A DNA stretch of 64,000 nt from Candidatus Bathyarchaeota archaeon (GTDB lineage Archaea; Thermoproteota; Bathyarchaeia; Bathyarchaeales; Bathycorpusculaceae). This document shows positions 39,135-49,396 of the stretch, piece after piece. Positions within the stretch are counted from its first letter, which is position 1. Each line of letters starts with the position of its first letter. The stretch lies in assembly GCA_963815095.1 (NCBI GenBank), contig CAWFFH010000008.1, positions 1-64,000 of the forward strand. Direction: 5' to 3'. The position numbers and the translations under genes are program-made. Below the pieces are notes generated by a model. That model saw nothing but the letters and a program-made list of their open reading frames with translations, was not told the DNA's origin and made no database searches.

Positions 39135-41033
39135 ATGACCATCGACTACGCTAAAGTGGGCTTAAAAGTGGGTTTAGAAATCCACCAACAACTCAACGTC
39201 AACAGCAAACTATTCTGTAGTTGCCCTCCTGAACTCTTCAAAGAAAAACCCGAAATCACATTCCTACGGAGACTACGACCAACTCAGAGTGAACTGGGAC
39301 AGGTTGATCCTGCAGCATATTTTGAGTTCCAAAAGGGTGTAAAAATCCTCTACGAAGCCAACCACAAAAGCTCCTGTCTCGTCGAGATGGATGAAGAGCC
39401 ACCTCACCCAATTAACTTGGATGCGGTCGAAGTGGTCTTGACTGCTTCGTTAATGATGAATATGCAACCCGTCGACGAAGTTCATGTCATGCGTAAAACC
39501 GTTATCGATGGCTCAAACACTACGGGCTTTCAGAGAACGTGCATTATCGGTTTGGACGGTTGGATTAAGGTCGGCGAGAAAATTATCCCTATGCAAGCCT
39601 CGAGCTTAGAGGAAGATGCTGCTCGCAAAACTGGCGCCCAAGACGAAGGCAAAACCATCCGTTACCGCATCGACCGTTTAGGAATCCCACTCATCGAAGT
39701 TGCGACTGCACCCGTAATTTATTCGCCGCAAGAGGCACAAGAAGTTGCATTTGCAATTGGTAGAATACTTCGTGACACAGGCAAAGTTATGAGGGGTCTA
39801 GGCACAATTCGCCAAGACCTCAACGTCTCCTTACCAAACGGTGCCTTAATTGAAATTAAAGGCGTTCAGGAACTCGAATTAATTTCTACTGTCGTCGAAT
39901 ATGAAGTTCAGAGGCAGCTTGAGTTAATCGAAGTTAAAGAAGAACTTGCCAAACGCGGAATTAAACCTGAATCGCTCAAGCCCGAATATGTCGATGTCAC
40001 AGCAATCTTCAAAGACACTAAAAGCAAAGTTATCCGCAAAGCGGTCGACAAAAACCATAAAGTCTTAGCCGTCAAACTTTTGGGTTTTGCAGGTTTAACC
40101 GGTCGTGAATTGATGCCAAATTTCCGGTTAGGCTCAGAGCTGTCTGACCGCGCTAAATTCTGGGGTAGAGTCGGAGGAATATTCCACACAGACGAGTTGC
40201 TTTCTAACTATGGCATAACGCCTGCAGAGGTTGAAGCTGTACGCGAAGCAGTCAGTGCCAATGAAGCCGATGCTGTCGTGTTTGTTGCAGACACAGCTGA
40301 AAACACCCAAGATGCCCTCAAAGCAGTTGTAGAGCGGGCGCAAGAAGCCTGCACAGGCATCCCCGCGGAAACTCGAACTGCCAAAGACGACGGAACTACT
40401 CGGTACATGCGTCCACGTCCAGGCGCTGCAAGAATGTACCCCGAAACCGATATCCCCGCGCAACCCATAACAGAACAGATGGTGAACAAAATCTGTTCAC
40501 ATCTTCCCGAACCAGCCGACAAAAAGCTTGCCCGACTCATAAGACAGTATGGCTTAAACGAAAAATTGGCCAAACAACTCATCGACTCCGAATACCTCTT
40601 GCTCTTTGAAGATACCGCCAAAGCTGGCGCCGTCGCAGCATCCACCGTTGCAGCATTCTTGACCGAAACTATCAAAGCGCTCAAACGTGAAGGGATCCAA
40701 ACCGAAAATGTGACAGATAACCAAATCAGCTCCATTTTCAAATCCGTCGGCTCAGGAGAACTCGCCAAAGAAGCAATTTCAGAAGTGTTTAGTTGGCTTT
40801 CTAAAAATGAGGGCAAAACCATGCAGGATGCAGGTGCCGCTTTAGGTCTCAAAATGTTTACTGAAGCAGACTTAGCGCTAATTATCGATCGGATAATCGC
40901 TGCCAACAGCCAGCAAATCGAAAAGTTGGGCAAGAATGCTCAGGGGATGCTTATGGGAGCGGCAATGAAAGAAGTTCGTGGAAAGGCTAATCCTGAACTT
41001 GTAGGTAGACTTTTGCGGGAACGTCTAAAATAG
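39135..41033 (+). CDS. gatE: Glu-tRNA(Gln) amidotransferase subunit E
   Basis: GLEIHQQL, MRKTVIDGSNTTGFQRT, RGLGTIRQD, RPRPGAARMYPETD; start ATG39135. Confidence 0.95.
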   Translation: MTIDYAKVGLKVGLEIHQQLNVNSKLFCSCPPELFKEKPEITFLRRLRPTQSELGQVDPAAYFEFQKGVKILYEANHKSSCLVEMDEEPPHPINLDAVEVVLTASLMMNMQPVDEVHVMRKTVIDGSNTTGFQRTCIIGLDGWIKVGEKIIPMQASSLEEDAARKTGAQDEGKTIRYRIDRLGIPLIEVATAPVIYSPQEAQEVAFAIGRILRDTGKVMRGLGTIRQDLNVSLPNGALIEIKGVQELELISTVVEYEVQRQLELIEVKEELAKRGIKPESLKPEYVDVTAIFKDTKSKVIRKAVDKNHKVLAVKLLGFAGLTGRELMPNFRLGSELSDRAKFWGRVGGIFHTDELLSNYGITPAEVEAVREAVSANEADAVVFVADTAENTQDALKAVVERAQEACTGIPAETRTAKDDGTTRYMRPRPGAARMYPETDIPAQPITEQMVNKICSHLPEPADKKLARLIRQYGLNEKLAKQLIDSEYLLLFEDTAKAGAVAASTVAAFLTETIKALKREGIQTENVTDNQISSIFKSVGSGELAKEAISEVFSWLSKNEGKTMQDAGAALGLKMFTEADLALIIDRIIAANSQQIEKLGKNAQGMLMGAAMKEVRGKANPELVGRLLRERLK

Positions 41034-41114
41034 CGTTTTTTATGTTAAAAGAAGCTATTAGCCGCAAATCCTAAATGTTTTCTCAGAGTATAGTTATAGA
41101 CGAGGCTTTAGCCT

Positions 41115-41591
41115 ATGAAACGTATTGAAGCACGCATAAAAACTGGTTTTGGTGAAGTTGTAATTGAAGGCGAAAGCCCCCAAGACATAATGAATATGCT
41201 GGAATCAATTCCAGAAAATTTTGTTGAGAAACTCTCCGATTTTGTATCTAACCGATTAACCCCTTCAGGCGCGCAATTAAAAGGCATAATTGAACCTACA
41301 ACTGAAGGCCCAATAATAGTCACACGCGAGAACCTCACACACTATGAAGCAGTAGGGCTTGTGTTGTATGCTTCGGATGAGCGAAAAAACACCGCTGCGA
41401 TGGTTCAGAAGCTTTTGGAATCCAGCGGCATAAAAAGTATGGTGCCCGCCCGGCTCAATGAGATGACTAAAAGGGGACAAGTCTTCAAACCGGACCCCAA
41501 CAAACCTGAGTTCAAACTGACAATTCAGGGCGAAAAATGGGTAGAACAAGACGTTCTCTCCAAACTTAGGGGAAAGATGAGTGAGCGTTAA
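41115..41591 (+). CDS. Hypothetical protein with probable C-terminal winged helix
   Basis: VPARLNEMTKRGQVFK..EFKLTIQGEKWV wing pattern. Confidence 0.65.
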   Translation: MKRIEARIKTGFGEVVIEGESPQDIMNMLESIPENFVEKLSDFVSNRLTPSGAQLKGIIEPTTEGPIIVTRENLTHYEAVGLVLYASDERKNTAAMVQKLLESSGIKSMVPARLNEMTKRGQVFKPDPNKPEFKLTIQGEKWVEQDVLSKLRGKMSER

Positions 41592-42093
41592 ACCCGAAAA
41601 AATCCACATACAAATAAAATACAAGGGCATTGAACAGCAATTTTCTGCTGAAACTCAAGAAGCGTGGTTATTGCTTAACCAATTCTTCAAAGACATGTTG
41701 CCTTCTTTTGAGATTGCCCAAAAACTCTGGCTAAACGTTGACGTTGCGCAGCTTGCAAGAGATCTAAATGGTATACTGGCTTTTTCTAGGGATGGCGTAA
41801 GTTTACTGGTGCCTAAAAATAAGTTGACTGATTATGAAGCCTTGTTGGTTTGGCTTGTTTCTTATTATCTTGGTCACCAGCTTGGCTTAGTTGGAAGCGA
41901 TTTGGTCTCGAAAAAGGAGTTGCAAACGAAGCTTGCCAAAAGCGGCAAGATAACTAGCACGCGGCTTGGTGAATTAGTTAAGGATGAATTAGTGGCTAAA
42001 ACGGGTGATGATTGCTTTAAGGTAACATCTTTTGGAATTATTCAAGTGCAGAAGGATATTATTCCAAAAATACGGGCTAAAATGACCGTTTAA
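41581..42093 (+). CDS. Hypothetical protein with probable C-terminal winged helix
   Basis: TSTRLGELVKDELVAK..FKVTSFGI; similar layout to the upstream ORF. Confidence 0.65.
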   Translation: MSVKPEKIHIQIKYKGIEQQFSAETQEAWLLLNQFFKDMLPSFEIAQKLWLNVDVAQLARDLNGILAFSRDGVSLLVPKNKLTDYEALLVWLVSYYLGHQLGLVGSDLVSKKELQTKLAKSGKITSTRLGELVKDELVAKTGDDCFKVTSFGIIQVQKDIIPKIRAKMTV

Positions 42094-42109
42094 GAGTTAA
42101 AAAGTAAGC

Positions 42110-42406
42110 GTGCAAAAAGCATATTACTTACTTAATCTTAATTTTATAGTAGGGATTCTATTGGATAATACAGTTTTAATGACCATTATTCTTTTTGTTT
42201 TGGGCAACTTTACCTTTGACCTTACAGCGCTGATTATATTAGTCATAATTGGCTTGATAATCATAGTTCTAATCAAACTTTTCTTAGTGCTGATTCCAGC
42301 GATTATAGTCGCCGCCATAGTTTGGTTTTTGACGGGGGGTAACTTGTTTTGGGCAGGCATTGCTTTCCTTGTGGTTGCTGCGCTGTCAATTCTGGCCAAG
42401 TTGTAG
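42110..42406 (+). CDS. Small hydrophobic membrane protein
   Basis: Almost entirely hydrophobic; start uncertain. Confidence 0.5.
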   Translation: MQKAYYLLNLNFIVGILLDNTVLMTIILFVLGNFTFDLTALIILVIIGLIIIVLIKLFLVLIPAIIVAAIVWFLTGGNLFWAGIAFLVVAALSILAKL

Positions 42407-42625
42407 GTTCCCAAAAAATCCTTTTTTCTTTTTGCAATTTTTCTTATACAGTTTTTGCGTTACTGATGGTTATGGAAAGTTAAATTTTTATAATTATTTC
42501 CCAAAGCAAACTTTCTTTATTGCTTATAGTAAATCCTTTTTGTTGAGAGCTGTGGCTCTTTCATAAGACTTTTATATTTGGGATGGAGTTCTTGCATAAT
42601 AACAGAAATGGACAGGGACCCTAAA

Positions 42626-42874
42626 ATGACGATGATGGAACCAAGTAAAAAACCGTTGAACGTTCTCATTAAACAGTTGCATGGCAACATTGAAGTTGTT
42701 CTGAAAAACGGCTATGAATACAAGGGAAAAATGATAAAGTGCGATGGCCACATGAACATTCTCTTGGAAGGCGCCACAGAATTCAAAGAAGACCAATTAA
42801 TGACTAACTATGGAAACGTGTTGCTTCGCGGAAACAACATTCTCTACATAGTTATGGACGCCAGCAAGCACTAA
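42626..42874 (+). CDS. Sm-like archaeal protein (Lsm/SmAP)
   Basis: KPL..L, VVLKNG.EYKG....DGHMNILL (Sm1), GNVLLRGNNI (Sm2); start uncertain. Confidence 0.9.
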   Translation: MTMMEPSKKPLNVLIKQLHGNIEVVLKNGYEYKGKMIKCDGHMNILLEGATEFKEDQLMTNYGNVLLRGNNILYIVMDASKH

Positions 42875-43770
42875 AAAACTAAACTTCTGGCCTTTCCAGT
42901 TACGTATTTGCAGGCTTCTTCTGCAGTTAATTCTATGTTAAATTTGCGGCTGAAATAAGTCAGCAAATTTTTAATGTCTCTTTCCAGCAGTTCTGGCGCA
43001 TTAGCATGATCTGTCTTTACAGCTTGAGGCCAATCAATTATGAGAATGTGGCCGTCAGGTTGTAGGATGATGTTGTATTCACTTATGTCTGCGTGGATGA
43101 GGTGGGCTTTGAGGTATGCTTTTCTGAGGTTGCGCAGGATTTCTTTTAGGACTTTTTCGGGTTTGCCTATGTCTTTGTATTTTGAAAGTTGGGCGCCTTC
43201 GATCATTCCCATAGCTACGACGTGGCGGTTTTGGCTTATGGGTTCGGGTACGGCTACGCCGTTTTCATATGCAAGTTTCATGGCGTTGAATTCTTTTTCT
43301 GCTGCTATGTGTGATTGGAAGAGCCATGTTGAGTGTTCTCTTGTGTAGCCTCTTGTACGTCTTGTTTGCCTAAAACTTATCCTTCCTAGTCTGTGAAATT
43401 TTACGGCTACGCGTTTGCCAGTTGAGTTTAATGCATCGAAAACGTCGGCTTCTTTTCCAACACCTAAACTTTGTCCAAAGGATTCGATTACTCCTGCTTT
43501 GACCAGAGCGTTTATGGCTAGGCAATCGTATCCTGCGTAGTTTAGGGTGTGTCCATTGTAGGTTTCTTTTGTTCGATACGTTAAGCCTAACTTGTTTATT
43601 TTGCCTAGCGTGAAGTCGATGCGGTCCATGGGCAGTTTGGCGTATCTTTGGATTTGATCTTTTGGGACGAATTCGTGTTTGCTCATGCCTGCTTCGATGA
43701 TGTTTAGTATTCGGAAATCTTCGGCTTCTAATTCTTTGAATACTTTGACGGCTACTTCTGCGCTTGACAT
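42871..43770 (-). CDS. rio2: RIO2 family kinase
   Basis: N-terminal wHTH with GYDCLA, GVGKEADV, KFHRLGRISF, IHADISEYNI, IIDWPQ. Confidence 0.92.
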   Translation of the reverse strand: MSSAEVAVKVFKELEAEDFRILNIIEAGMSKHEFVPKDQIQRYAKLPMDRIDFTLGKINKLGLTYRTKETYNGHTLNYAGYDCLAINALVKAGVIESFGQSLGVGKEADVFDALNSTGKRVAVKFHRLGRISFRQTRRTRGYTREHSTWLFQSHIAAEKEFNAMKLAYENGVAVPEPISQNRHVVAMGMIEGAQLSKYKDIGKPEKVLKEILRNLRKAYLKAHLIHADISEYNIILQPDGHILIIDWPQAVKTDHANAPELLERDIKNLLTYFSRKFNIELTAEEACKYVTGKARSLVF

Positions 43771-43927
43771 ATAGAGTTTAATGGTTGGTTTAATCTATTA
43801 AAACTAGTTTTTAAGTTGTCAGCGTTTTTTAAGTGGAGCTTATATGGGAGATTAGAGTTTTATTGGGTTATAGCCAAAATTGACGGTAAAAAAATGTAAT
43901 TAATTATTTAATGCATGATGTTGAAAT

Positions 43928-44662
43928 ATGGCAGTAGATCAAGCAAACGTTTCAAAAATACTTTCGGTTCTTTCGCATCCATTGCGAAGGGAAATATTAC
44001 TAGACCTAAGCCATAATGGCGAATCCTCTTTCACGGATTTGCTAAATTTGCTGAAGGTTGATACTGGAAAGCTTAGTTTTCACCTTCGTTCGCTTTCACC
44101 TTTCATTGAGCAAACGGCCAATGGCAAGTACAAGCTTAGCCGTGCTGGGGAGAGTGCTGTCCGCGTTATTCATGATGTCGAGGGTTGGGCTGAGGTTGCT
44201 GATGTGCAGGGAAAGGCAAGTCAGCTTCCCCTTGCATCTTTTAAAAATAGGGCTTTTGCTTTCCTTATTGATTTTGCTTTGATTTTGGCAATTACAACAG
44301 CAATAACTTATCTTCCTCAATTGTTTTCATTTTTATCAGGTATCGCTTTTGCAGAGAGCATTAGTCAGGTTCTTTTCATCACTGTTGGTCTTCTTTGGCT
44401 TTACTCCACTTTACTTGAGGGATTTAATGGTCAAAGCATCGGCAAACGCGTATTGGGTCTTAAAGTCGTTCGAACTGATGGAAAGAAAATGTCCTACGAC
44501 CATGCAGCGGTGAGAAACTTTGGCAAAGTTTTACCTTTACTACCCTTTGACCTACTGATCGGGTGGCGAATTAGAAATGACGTTTTCATGCGCTACTTTG
44601 ATAAGTTCGCAGGAACAACAGTTATTGATTTGCGTTTCCATCCTCTTAAAAAAACGGGTTAA
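43928..44662 (+). CDS. ArsR-like wHTH fused to RDD membrane domain
   Basis: LSHPLRREIL..TGKLSFHL; RAFAFLID, GQSIGKRVLGLKVV, DKFAGT.V. Confidence 0.82.
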   Translation: MAVDQANVSKILSVLSHPLRREILLDLSHNGESSFTDLLNLLKVDTGKLSFHLRSLSPFIEQTANGKYKLSRAGESAVRVIHDVEGWAEVADVQGKASQLPLASFKNRAFAFLIDFALILAITTAITYLPQLFSFLSGIAFAESISQVLFITVGLLWLYSTLLEGFNGQSIGKRVLGLKVVRTDGKKMSYDHAAVRNFGKVLPLLPFDLLIGWRIRNDVFMRYFDKFAGTTVIDLRFHPLKKTG

Positions 44663-44715
44663 TTTGGTGAAATCTTATTTGACTCCTTTACATAGGATGT
44701 AGCGGAGAGGTCAAT

Positions 44716-45180
44716 ATGAGTGATAAGGAGCTTAGAGTTTCCAAAATCAAAGATGGTACGGTCATCGATCACATCTGCGGTGGTTACGCTTTAGATGTTG
44801 TTAAAATTTTAGGGATAACTGGAAAGGAAAAAAGAGTTATGACTATCGCCATCAATGTTCCCAGTAAACGTTTTGGGGTTAAGGACATAGTTAAGATTGA
44901 AGGAAAAGCCCTCAATTCACAGGAAGTTAACCGGATTGCTCTTGTTGCTCCTCACGCGTCAATAAATATTGTTCGCAATTATGCAGTGGTTGAAAAACTT
45001 GAAGTCAAGCTGCCTAAAGCGATCGAAGGCATAGTAAAATGTGCAAATCCATGTTGCATAACCAACGCCAACGAACCCGTAGTCTCCAAATTCTACATAA
45101 AAAGTGAAGACCCCTTGTTATTGAAGTGCCACTACTGTGGAGTCCCACTTGAACAGGCAGATGTTCTGGGACAACTCTAA
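44716..45180 (+). CDS. pyrI: Aspartate carbamoyltransferase regulatory chain
   Basis: KIKDGTVIDHI, KDIVKIE, CANPCCIT, KCHYC. Confidence 0.95.
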   Translation: MSDKELRVSKIKDGTVIDHICGGYALDVVKILGITGKEKRVMTIAINVPSKRFGVKDIVKIEGKALNSQEVNRIALVAPHASINIVRNYAVVEKLEVKLPKAIEGIVKCANPCCITNANEPVVSKFYIKSEDPLLLKCHYCGVPLEQADVLGQL

Positions 45181-45602
45181 GGCAACCTTTCCTGAGCAAG
45201 CAAGAACAGAGCCTCAAATTCCTTTTTGGTCATCTTTTTTCCTTTGCTAATTCCTGGGCACTCAAGAGTAAAATCAAAGACATGCAGATCTTTTTCTGGG
45301 TCAAATTTTAGTTCAAACGGGTAAAACCTGCAGATTAAGGGTCTTAATGTGTAGATCGTGCATTGGTTGTCTTTGAGGAAATGACATTTGCCTTCGCTGT
45401 TCTTTTTTATTTCATAGCAATACGGGGTTTTGTCGACGATTGATGTGGTAAAGACTTGTTTTGGCAAATGGGTTTCTGTTGATATGGCATTTGTTTCTGT
45501 TTCTAAGAGAAGTACATGTCTTGTTTTCTGTGTGGTGTCTCCGCAGCATACTCCGCATTTGGTACATTCGAAAAATAGGTTGTTTGGGCAGGTGAATTCC
45601 AC
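45177..45602 (-). CDS. YkgJ/CxxCxxCC cysteine-cluster protein
   Basis: CTKCGVCC, CHFL..NQCTIY..RPLICRFYPF, CPG. Confidence 0.85.
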   Translation of the reverse strand: MEFTCPNNLFFECTKCGVCCGDTTQKTRHVLLLETETNAISTETHLPKQVFTTSIVDKTPYCYEIKKNSEGKCHFLKDNQCTIYTLRPLICRFYPFELKFDPEKDLHVFDFTLECPGISKGKKMTKKEFEALFLLAQERLP

Positions 45603-45649
45603 TTTGATTCAACACGTATTATTTCTGTAGGTTGCCATAAAAATGTTGG

Positions 45650-45982
45650 TTACAGGTTTTTGTTTTGTTCTGTTGGTTTGGTGCGGTGTCCTTCGCCATA
45701 TTGAAAGGGTCTGCCCAGGTTTTTTTCCAATTTCTTTTGGAAGACTTCATCCATGTTCATGTTTGGGCATGCTAAGCGACTTGCATCCAAAATGTAAAAG
45801 ATAGTGTCGATGAGTTCTTCTGCGATTTTTTCTTCCGGGTATCCTTTTTTCCATGCGTCGCTGGCTTCGCCAAGTTCAATGAATGCAAAGAGGAGTTTTT
45901 TTGGGATGTCTTCGGGTTTATTGTAGAAGCCTTTCGCTATTACTAGGGCTTCGATTTGTTTTTTCATCTCTTCGAGCTGCAT
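45650..45982 (-). CDS. MazG-like nucleotide pyrophosphohydrolase
   Basis: ELGEASDA..IAEELIDT (ExxE..ExxD); start ATG45982. Confidence 0.75.
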   Translation of the reverse strand: MQLEEMKKQIEALVIAKGFYNKPEDIPKKLLFAFIELGEASDAWKKGYPEEKIAEELIDTIFYILDASRLACPNMNMDEVFQKKLEKNLGRPFQYGEGHRTKPTEQNKNL

Positions 45983-46050
45983 CGTTTGTGCTCCTTGGTG
46001 TGTCTTTTGTGTTAGACTTCCCTTTAAATGTACTTTGAAGTGGTAAGTTA

Positions 46051-46455
46051 ATGAGTTATTTTTTGTTCTTTTTGTGTTGGGTGTGGTGGCTAAAATTGCT
46101 ACATTACACGTTGTTTTTGTTGATATATTTCGTTTTTTGCAATATCGCTTATATGCGTTTTTTGTTGATTCTGATGTATAAAGTATTGAGTGGGGAGAAA
46201 GGAATGACTTCAAAACTATCGTCCAAAAAAGGCAAACAAGCAACCTGTCTTGCGGGATACTTTGCACTGTTGGCATTAAGTATCAGCGGTTTAGTTCTTC
46301 AAGGCGGAATCTGGGTCCTCGTAGGCGTAGTTTGCCTCTTTGGGGCAGTAGCCGCTTGTTTTCTTCTGCGTTCAATAGATAGACATGCAAAAAACTTAAA
46401 ATATGTCGCATTAACAAGAGATGGCTATAAGGCTAAGAATTTTGGGGAGAGTTAA
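46051..46455 (+). CDS. Hypothetical membrane protein
   Basis: Hydrophobic helices; start uncertain. Confidence 0.4.
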   Translation: MSYFLFFLCWVWWLKLLHYTLFLLIYFVFCNIAYMRFLLILMYKVLSGEKGMTSKLSSKKGKQATCLAGYFALLALSISGLVLQGGIWVLVGVVCLFGAVAACFLLRSIDRHAKNLKYVALTRDGYKAKNFGES

Positions 46456-46467
46456 TTTTTGCTTCAT

Positions 46468-46490
46468 GTCCACTTCTGTCAGGAAGGGAC
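46468..46490 (+). repeat. 23-nt hairpin element, copy 1
   Basis: GTCC-A-CTTC-TGTCAG-GAAG-GGAC; counterpart at 52303. Confidence 0.45.
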
Positions 46491-46596
46491 CTTGCAGTGT
46501 TAACTTTGCTTGCAGATATATTTTATATTATTAAGCGTTTGTAATTTCGCTTAAAATTCAGATTGGCTTTTATCATTAACAAAGGTGTTTTTGTAA

Positions 46597-47313
46597 ATGA
46601 GAAGCGGAGAAAAATGGGGTAATCCTTCTACGCAGGTTATTATTGCCGCGTTGAATGAGGAAGAAGGAATTGGTCTAACCATCGCTGAGATGATTGATGC
46701 CCTAGGTGACCCGCAAGTGCTAGTGGTTGATGGCAAAAGCACCGATAGAACCGTGGAGGTGGCTAAGAATTTGGGTGCCCAACTCTTTGTCCAAGATGGA
46801 TTAGGCAAAGGTGACGCAATAGCCAAAGCAGTAGCAAACATAGATCCAACAGTTGATTATATTGTGTTAACCGACGCAGATTACACATATCCAGCAGTGT
46901 ATGTTCCTGAGATGATCAGGATTTTGGAGAAGTATCCTAAGGTAGGTATGGTCTGCGGTAACCGTTTTAATGGTTACGAAGAAAAAACGGCATTAAGCAG
47001 CATTTTTTATGTCGGTAATCGGTTTATAGCTTTTACCCACAACTTGTTGAATGGTGTCTCATTAACTGATCCATTGACTGGGCTACGTGTAGTGCGCGCG
47101 GGGATTCTTAGAAATTGGACGGTTCAGTCTAAGGGTTTTGATGTTGAAGTTGAGCTTAATCATTATGTAGAATGTGCTGGTTTTGGGATAGTGGAGGTTC
47201 CCATTAATTATCGAGAAAGACTGGGTCAGAAAAAATTAGGCATTAAAAATGGTGGCGAAATTTTTAAACGTATACTGCTAGAATTTGTTAATGAAAATAC
47301 TAAAATTGCATGA
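46597..47313 (+). CDS. GT2 glycosyltransferase (Dol-P-sugar synthase-like)
   Basis: ALNEEEGI, VVDGKSTDRT, GKGDA, DADYTY, DPLTG, EVPINYRERLG..KL. Confidence 0.88.
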   Translation: MRSGEKWGNPSTQVIIAALNEEEGIGLTIAEMIDALGDPQVLVVDGKSTDRTVEVAKNLGAQLFVQDGLGKGDAIAKAVANIDPTVDYIVLTDADYTYPAVYVPEMIRILEKYPKVGMVCGNRFNGYEEKTALSSIFYVGNRFIAFTHNLLNGVSLTDPLTGLRVVRAGILRNWTVQSKGFDVEVELNHYVECAGFGIVEVPINYRERLGQKKLGIKNGGEIFKRILLEFVNENTKIA

Positions 47314-47535
47314 GGCAATGTTTTCTCTTCTCTTAATTTTGGTTTTCTTATTCTACATCGGTGACTTCAAAGTATAACAACCAGTATGTTAGTTTAATTC
47401 TGAACATGACCAATAGATTATCTATTTTTGAAACTCCTTCGAAGAGAAATCACTAGAAATCATGTAATCAGTCCTAACCAAACCCAACAAAAAATATTTT
47501 CAGTGACCCTTATTTTTAGCGTTCAAGGTATCGGT

Positions 47536-48393
47536 TTAACGGGTTCTTGTTGCAAGGACAATGTATTGCGATCCGGTTGAGCGGAAAAATAGGTAGCCGC
47601 TGTCAGCGTATTCTTGCAGCTTCTGATTAATTCTTATTCCCACCCTGTCAGAGAACAACCGATAGCCAAAAAAAGTGAATGGTCCAAATCCTACACTTGC
47701 GCTTTTCACGACATTTAAACCTGCCTCGCAAAGATTATTGTTGAATGCTTTTGGAGTATATTGACTATAAGGTGGCGCATTGGTCCAGGGATTCCATGAA
47801 CTAAGTAACCCTGCTCTTTCAAGTTTACTCTTTATTAGCCATCGGACCTGTGCTATTGGTGGAAAAGTTTTGGGATCAAGTAATGTTGTGGCTCGTAATG
47901 CATTATCCATTGTCAGGACAATAAAACCGCCGGGTTTTGTGACTCTTATGATTTCAGTCAATGCCTTTTTGAAATCATGAAGCCAAGGGATTACTCCTAA
48001 AGCAATGATTAAGTCAAACGTTTGGTCCTTATAGGATAGCTCATGAATATCGCCTGTGCAAGCCCTGATCTTATCTAATAACCCCGTTTGTCTTGCATGT
48101 TCATTTGTTAGATCAACCATTGCTTGTGCATGGTCAATTCCTTCAATAAAAAATCCGCGCTTTGCAAGAGCGGCAGTCATGAACCCTGCTCCGCAACCGA
48201 TTTCAAGAACATGAGCAGTTCTTGGGAGCGATAATCCATCAATATAACTGAGGGCGACGGCCTGCCGCCTTTGATAAATTATTCCAGCAATGTCCTTCTT
48301 TTTGTACGTATCTCTCCAATATGTTGCCTGAGTATCGAAGAGTTCATCAACCAGCTTCTGCTGACGATCGTTTTGTGCTTTGGGTGAAGCCAA
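47536..48393 (-). CDS. Class I SAM-dependent methyltransferase
   Basis: VLEIGCGAG, FDLI, RVTKPGG. Confidence 0.85.
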   Translation of the reverse strand: MASPKAQNDRQQKLVDELFDTQATYWRDTYKKKDIAGIIYQRRQAVALSYIDGLSLPRTAHVLEIGCGAGFMTAALAKRGFFIEGIDHAQAMVDLTNEHARQTGLLDKIRACTGDIHELSYKDQTFDLIIALGVIPWLHDFKKALTEIIRVTKPGGFIVLTMDNALRATTLLDPKTFPPIAQVRWLIKSKLERAGLLSSWNPWTNAPPYSQYTPKAFNNNLCEAGLNVVKSASVGFGPFTFFGYRLFSDRVGIRINQKLQEYADSGYLFFRSTGSQYIVLATRTR

Positions 48394-48537
48394 TTAGCAA
48401 ACATCCCCTACTTCCCAACTATCGATAATCATCATGGCTTTAAACTATTCTTTGTTACTTCTTGACTCTATCCTTTTGTTCCTGAATCTATAGATAATTT
48501 TTTTGTAAATGCGTGTTTCCATCTATGGTGATAAAAC

Positions 48538-49371
48538 TTGATTGATTCTTTTCCTTCTTTAAATTTGCCACGAAAAGGGCAACTACATACCGATGCTTAT
48601 CTAAAATCGATCGGTGTTCCCGAAATAACTTCAGCGACCAGCCCGTTCGACCCTGGATATGATGCCTTAACGTTGGCGGGTCATCTTGAACAAAGTCACC
48701 ATCTTATATCGATTCTGAAGGTTTCAATGGCGTGTTGGATGATTGCAAACGAAGATGTTACTCGTCAGAAAATTGCAGTTGCTAAGAAATACCGCGTGCC
48801 CACAACTACGGGCGGCGGACCTTTTGAGGTAGCGTATGTGCAAGGTAAGCTACAGCAATACCTTGATCTTGTGGCCGATTTTGGATTTACGCGGATAGAA
48901 TGCGGGGAGGGGTTCACAGATATTTCCTTAGACGCTCGAGAGATTGTGAAAATGGCAAACGACCGTGGCTTAGAGGTTCAGTTTGAACTTGGGAAAAAAC
49001 ATACGGGCGCTTTTACTAAAAATGTAGTTGAAGCTTTGATTAGCCAAGGTGAGCGGTGGCTTGAGGCTGGAGCCGTTCAGTTGGTTGTAGAGGCGCGGGA
49101 GAGTGCGAAGGGCGTTGGGTTGTTTGATGATGAAGGGAATCTTAATGTTGGTTTCGCTGATCGTTTCGCAAATGCGTTTGGCCACAGTGTGGTCATGTTT
49201 GAAGCACCTAACAAGCCAAGTCAATTTGCTCTGTTAGATCACTTCGGTCGCCACGTTCATCTATGCAATGTTCGCCTTGAAGAGTTGTTGCGGGTGGAAA
49301 TTTATAGGCGAGGCCTTCACTCAGATGCTTTTAACAAAGAGAATTTGCGTCCCCATCTTCCGGTGGAATGA
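48538..49371 (+). CDS. comA: Phosphosulfolactate synthase (ComA family)
   Basis: FDPG, ILK, TGGGPFE, IECGEGF, ELGKK, VVEARES, MFEAPNK.SQ, FG..V.LCNV, VEIYRRGLHSD. Confidence 0.82.
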   Translation: MIDSFPSLNLPRKGQLHTDAYLKSIGVPEITSATSPFDPGYDALTLAGHLEQSHHLISILKVSMACWMIANEDVTRQKIAVAKKYRVPTTTGGGPFEVAYVQGKLQQYLDLVADFGFTRIECGEGFTDISLDAREIVKMANDRGLEVQFELGKKHTGAFTKNVVEALISQGERWLEAGAVQLVVEARESAKGVGLFDDEGNLNVGFADRFANAFGHSVVMFEAPNKPSQFALLDHFGRHVHLCNVRLEELLRVEIYRRGLHSDAFNKENLRPHLPVE

Positions 49372-49396
49372 AGCGGTATTAAGGAGAAGAGAGGTT

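Noticed and set aside
40208-40933. 241-aa antisense ORF inside gatE
   Set aside because: Shadow ORF, no motifs
45983-46276. N-terminal 97 aa of the 208-aa track ORF
   Set aside because: Overlaps an opposite-strand ORF; MazG-like similarity begins at ATG45982, which has a GGAG RBS
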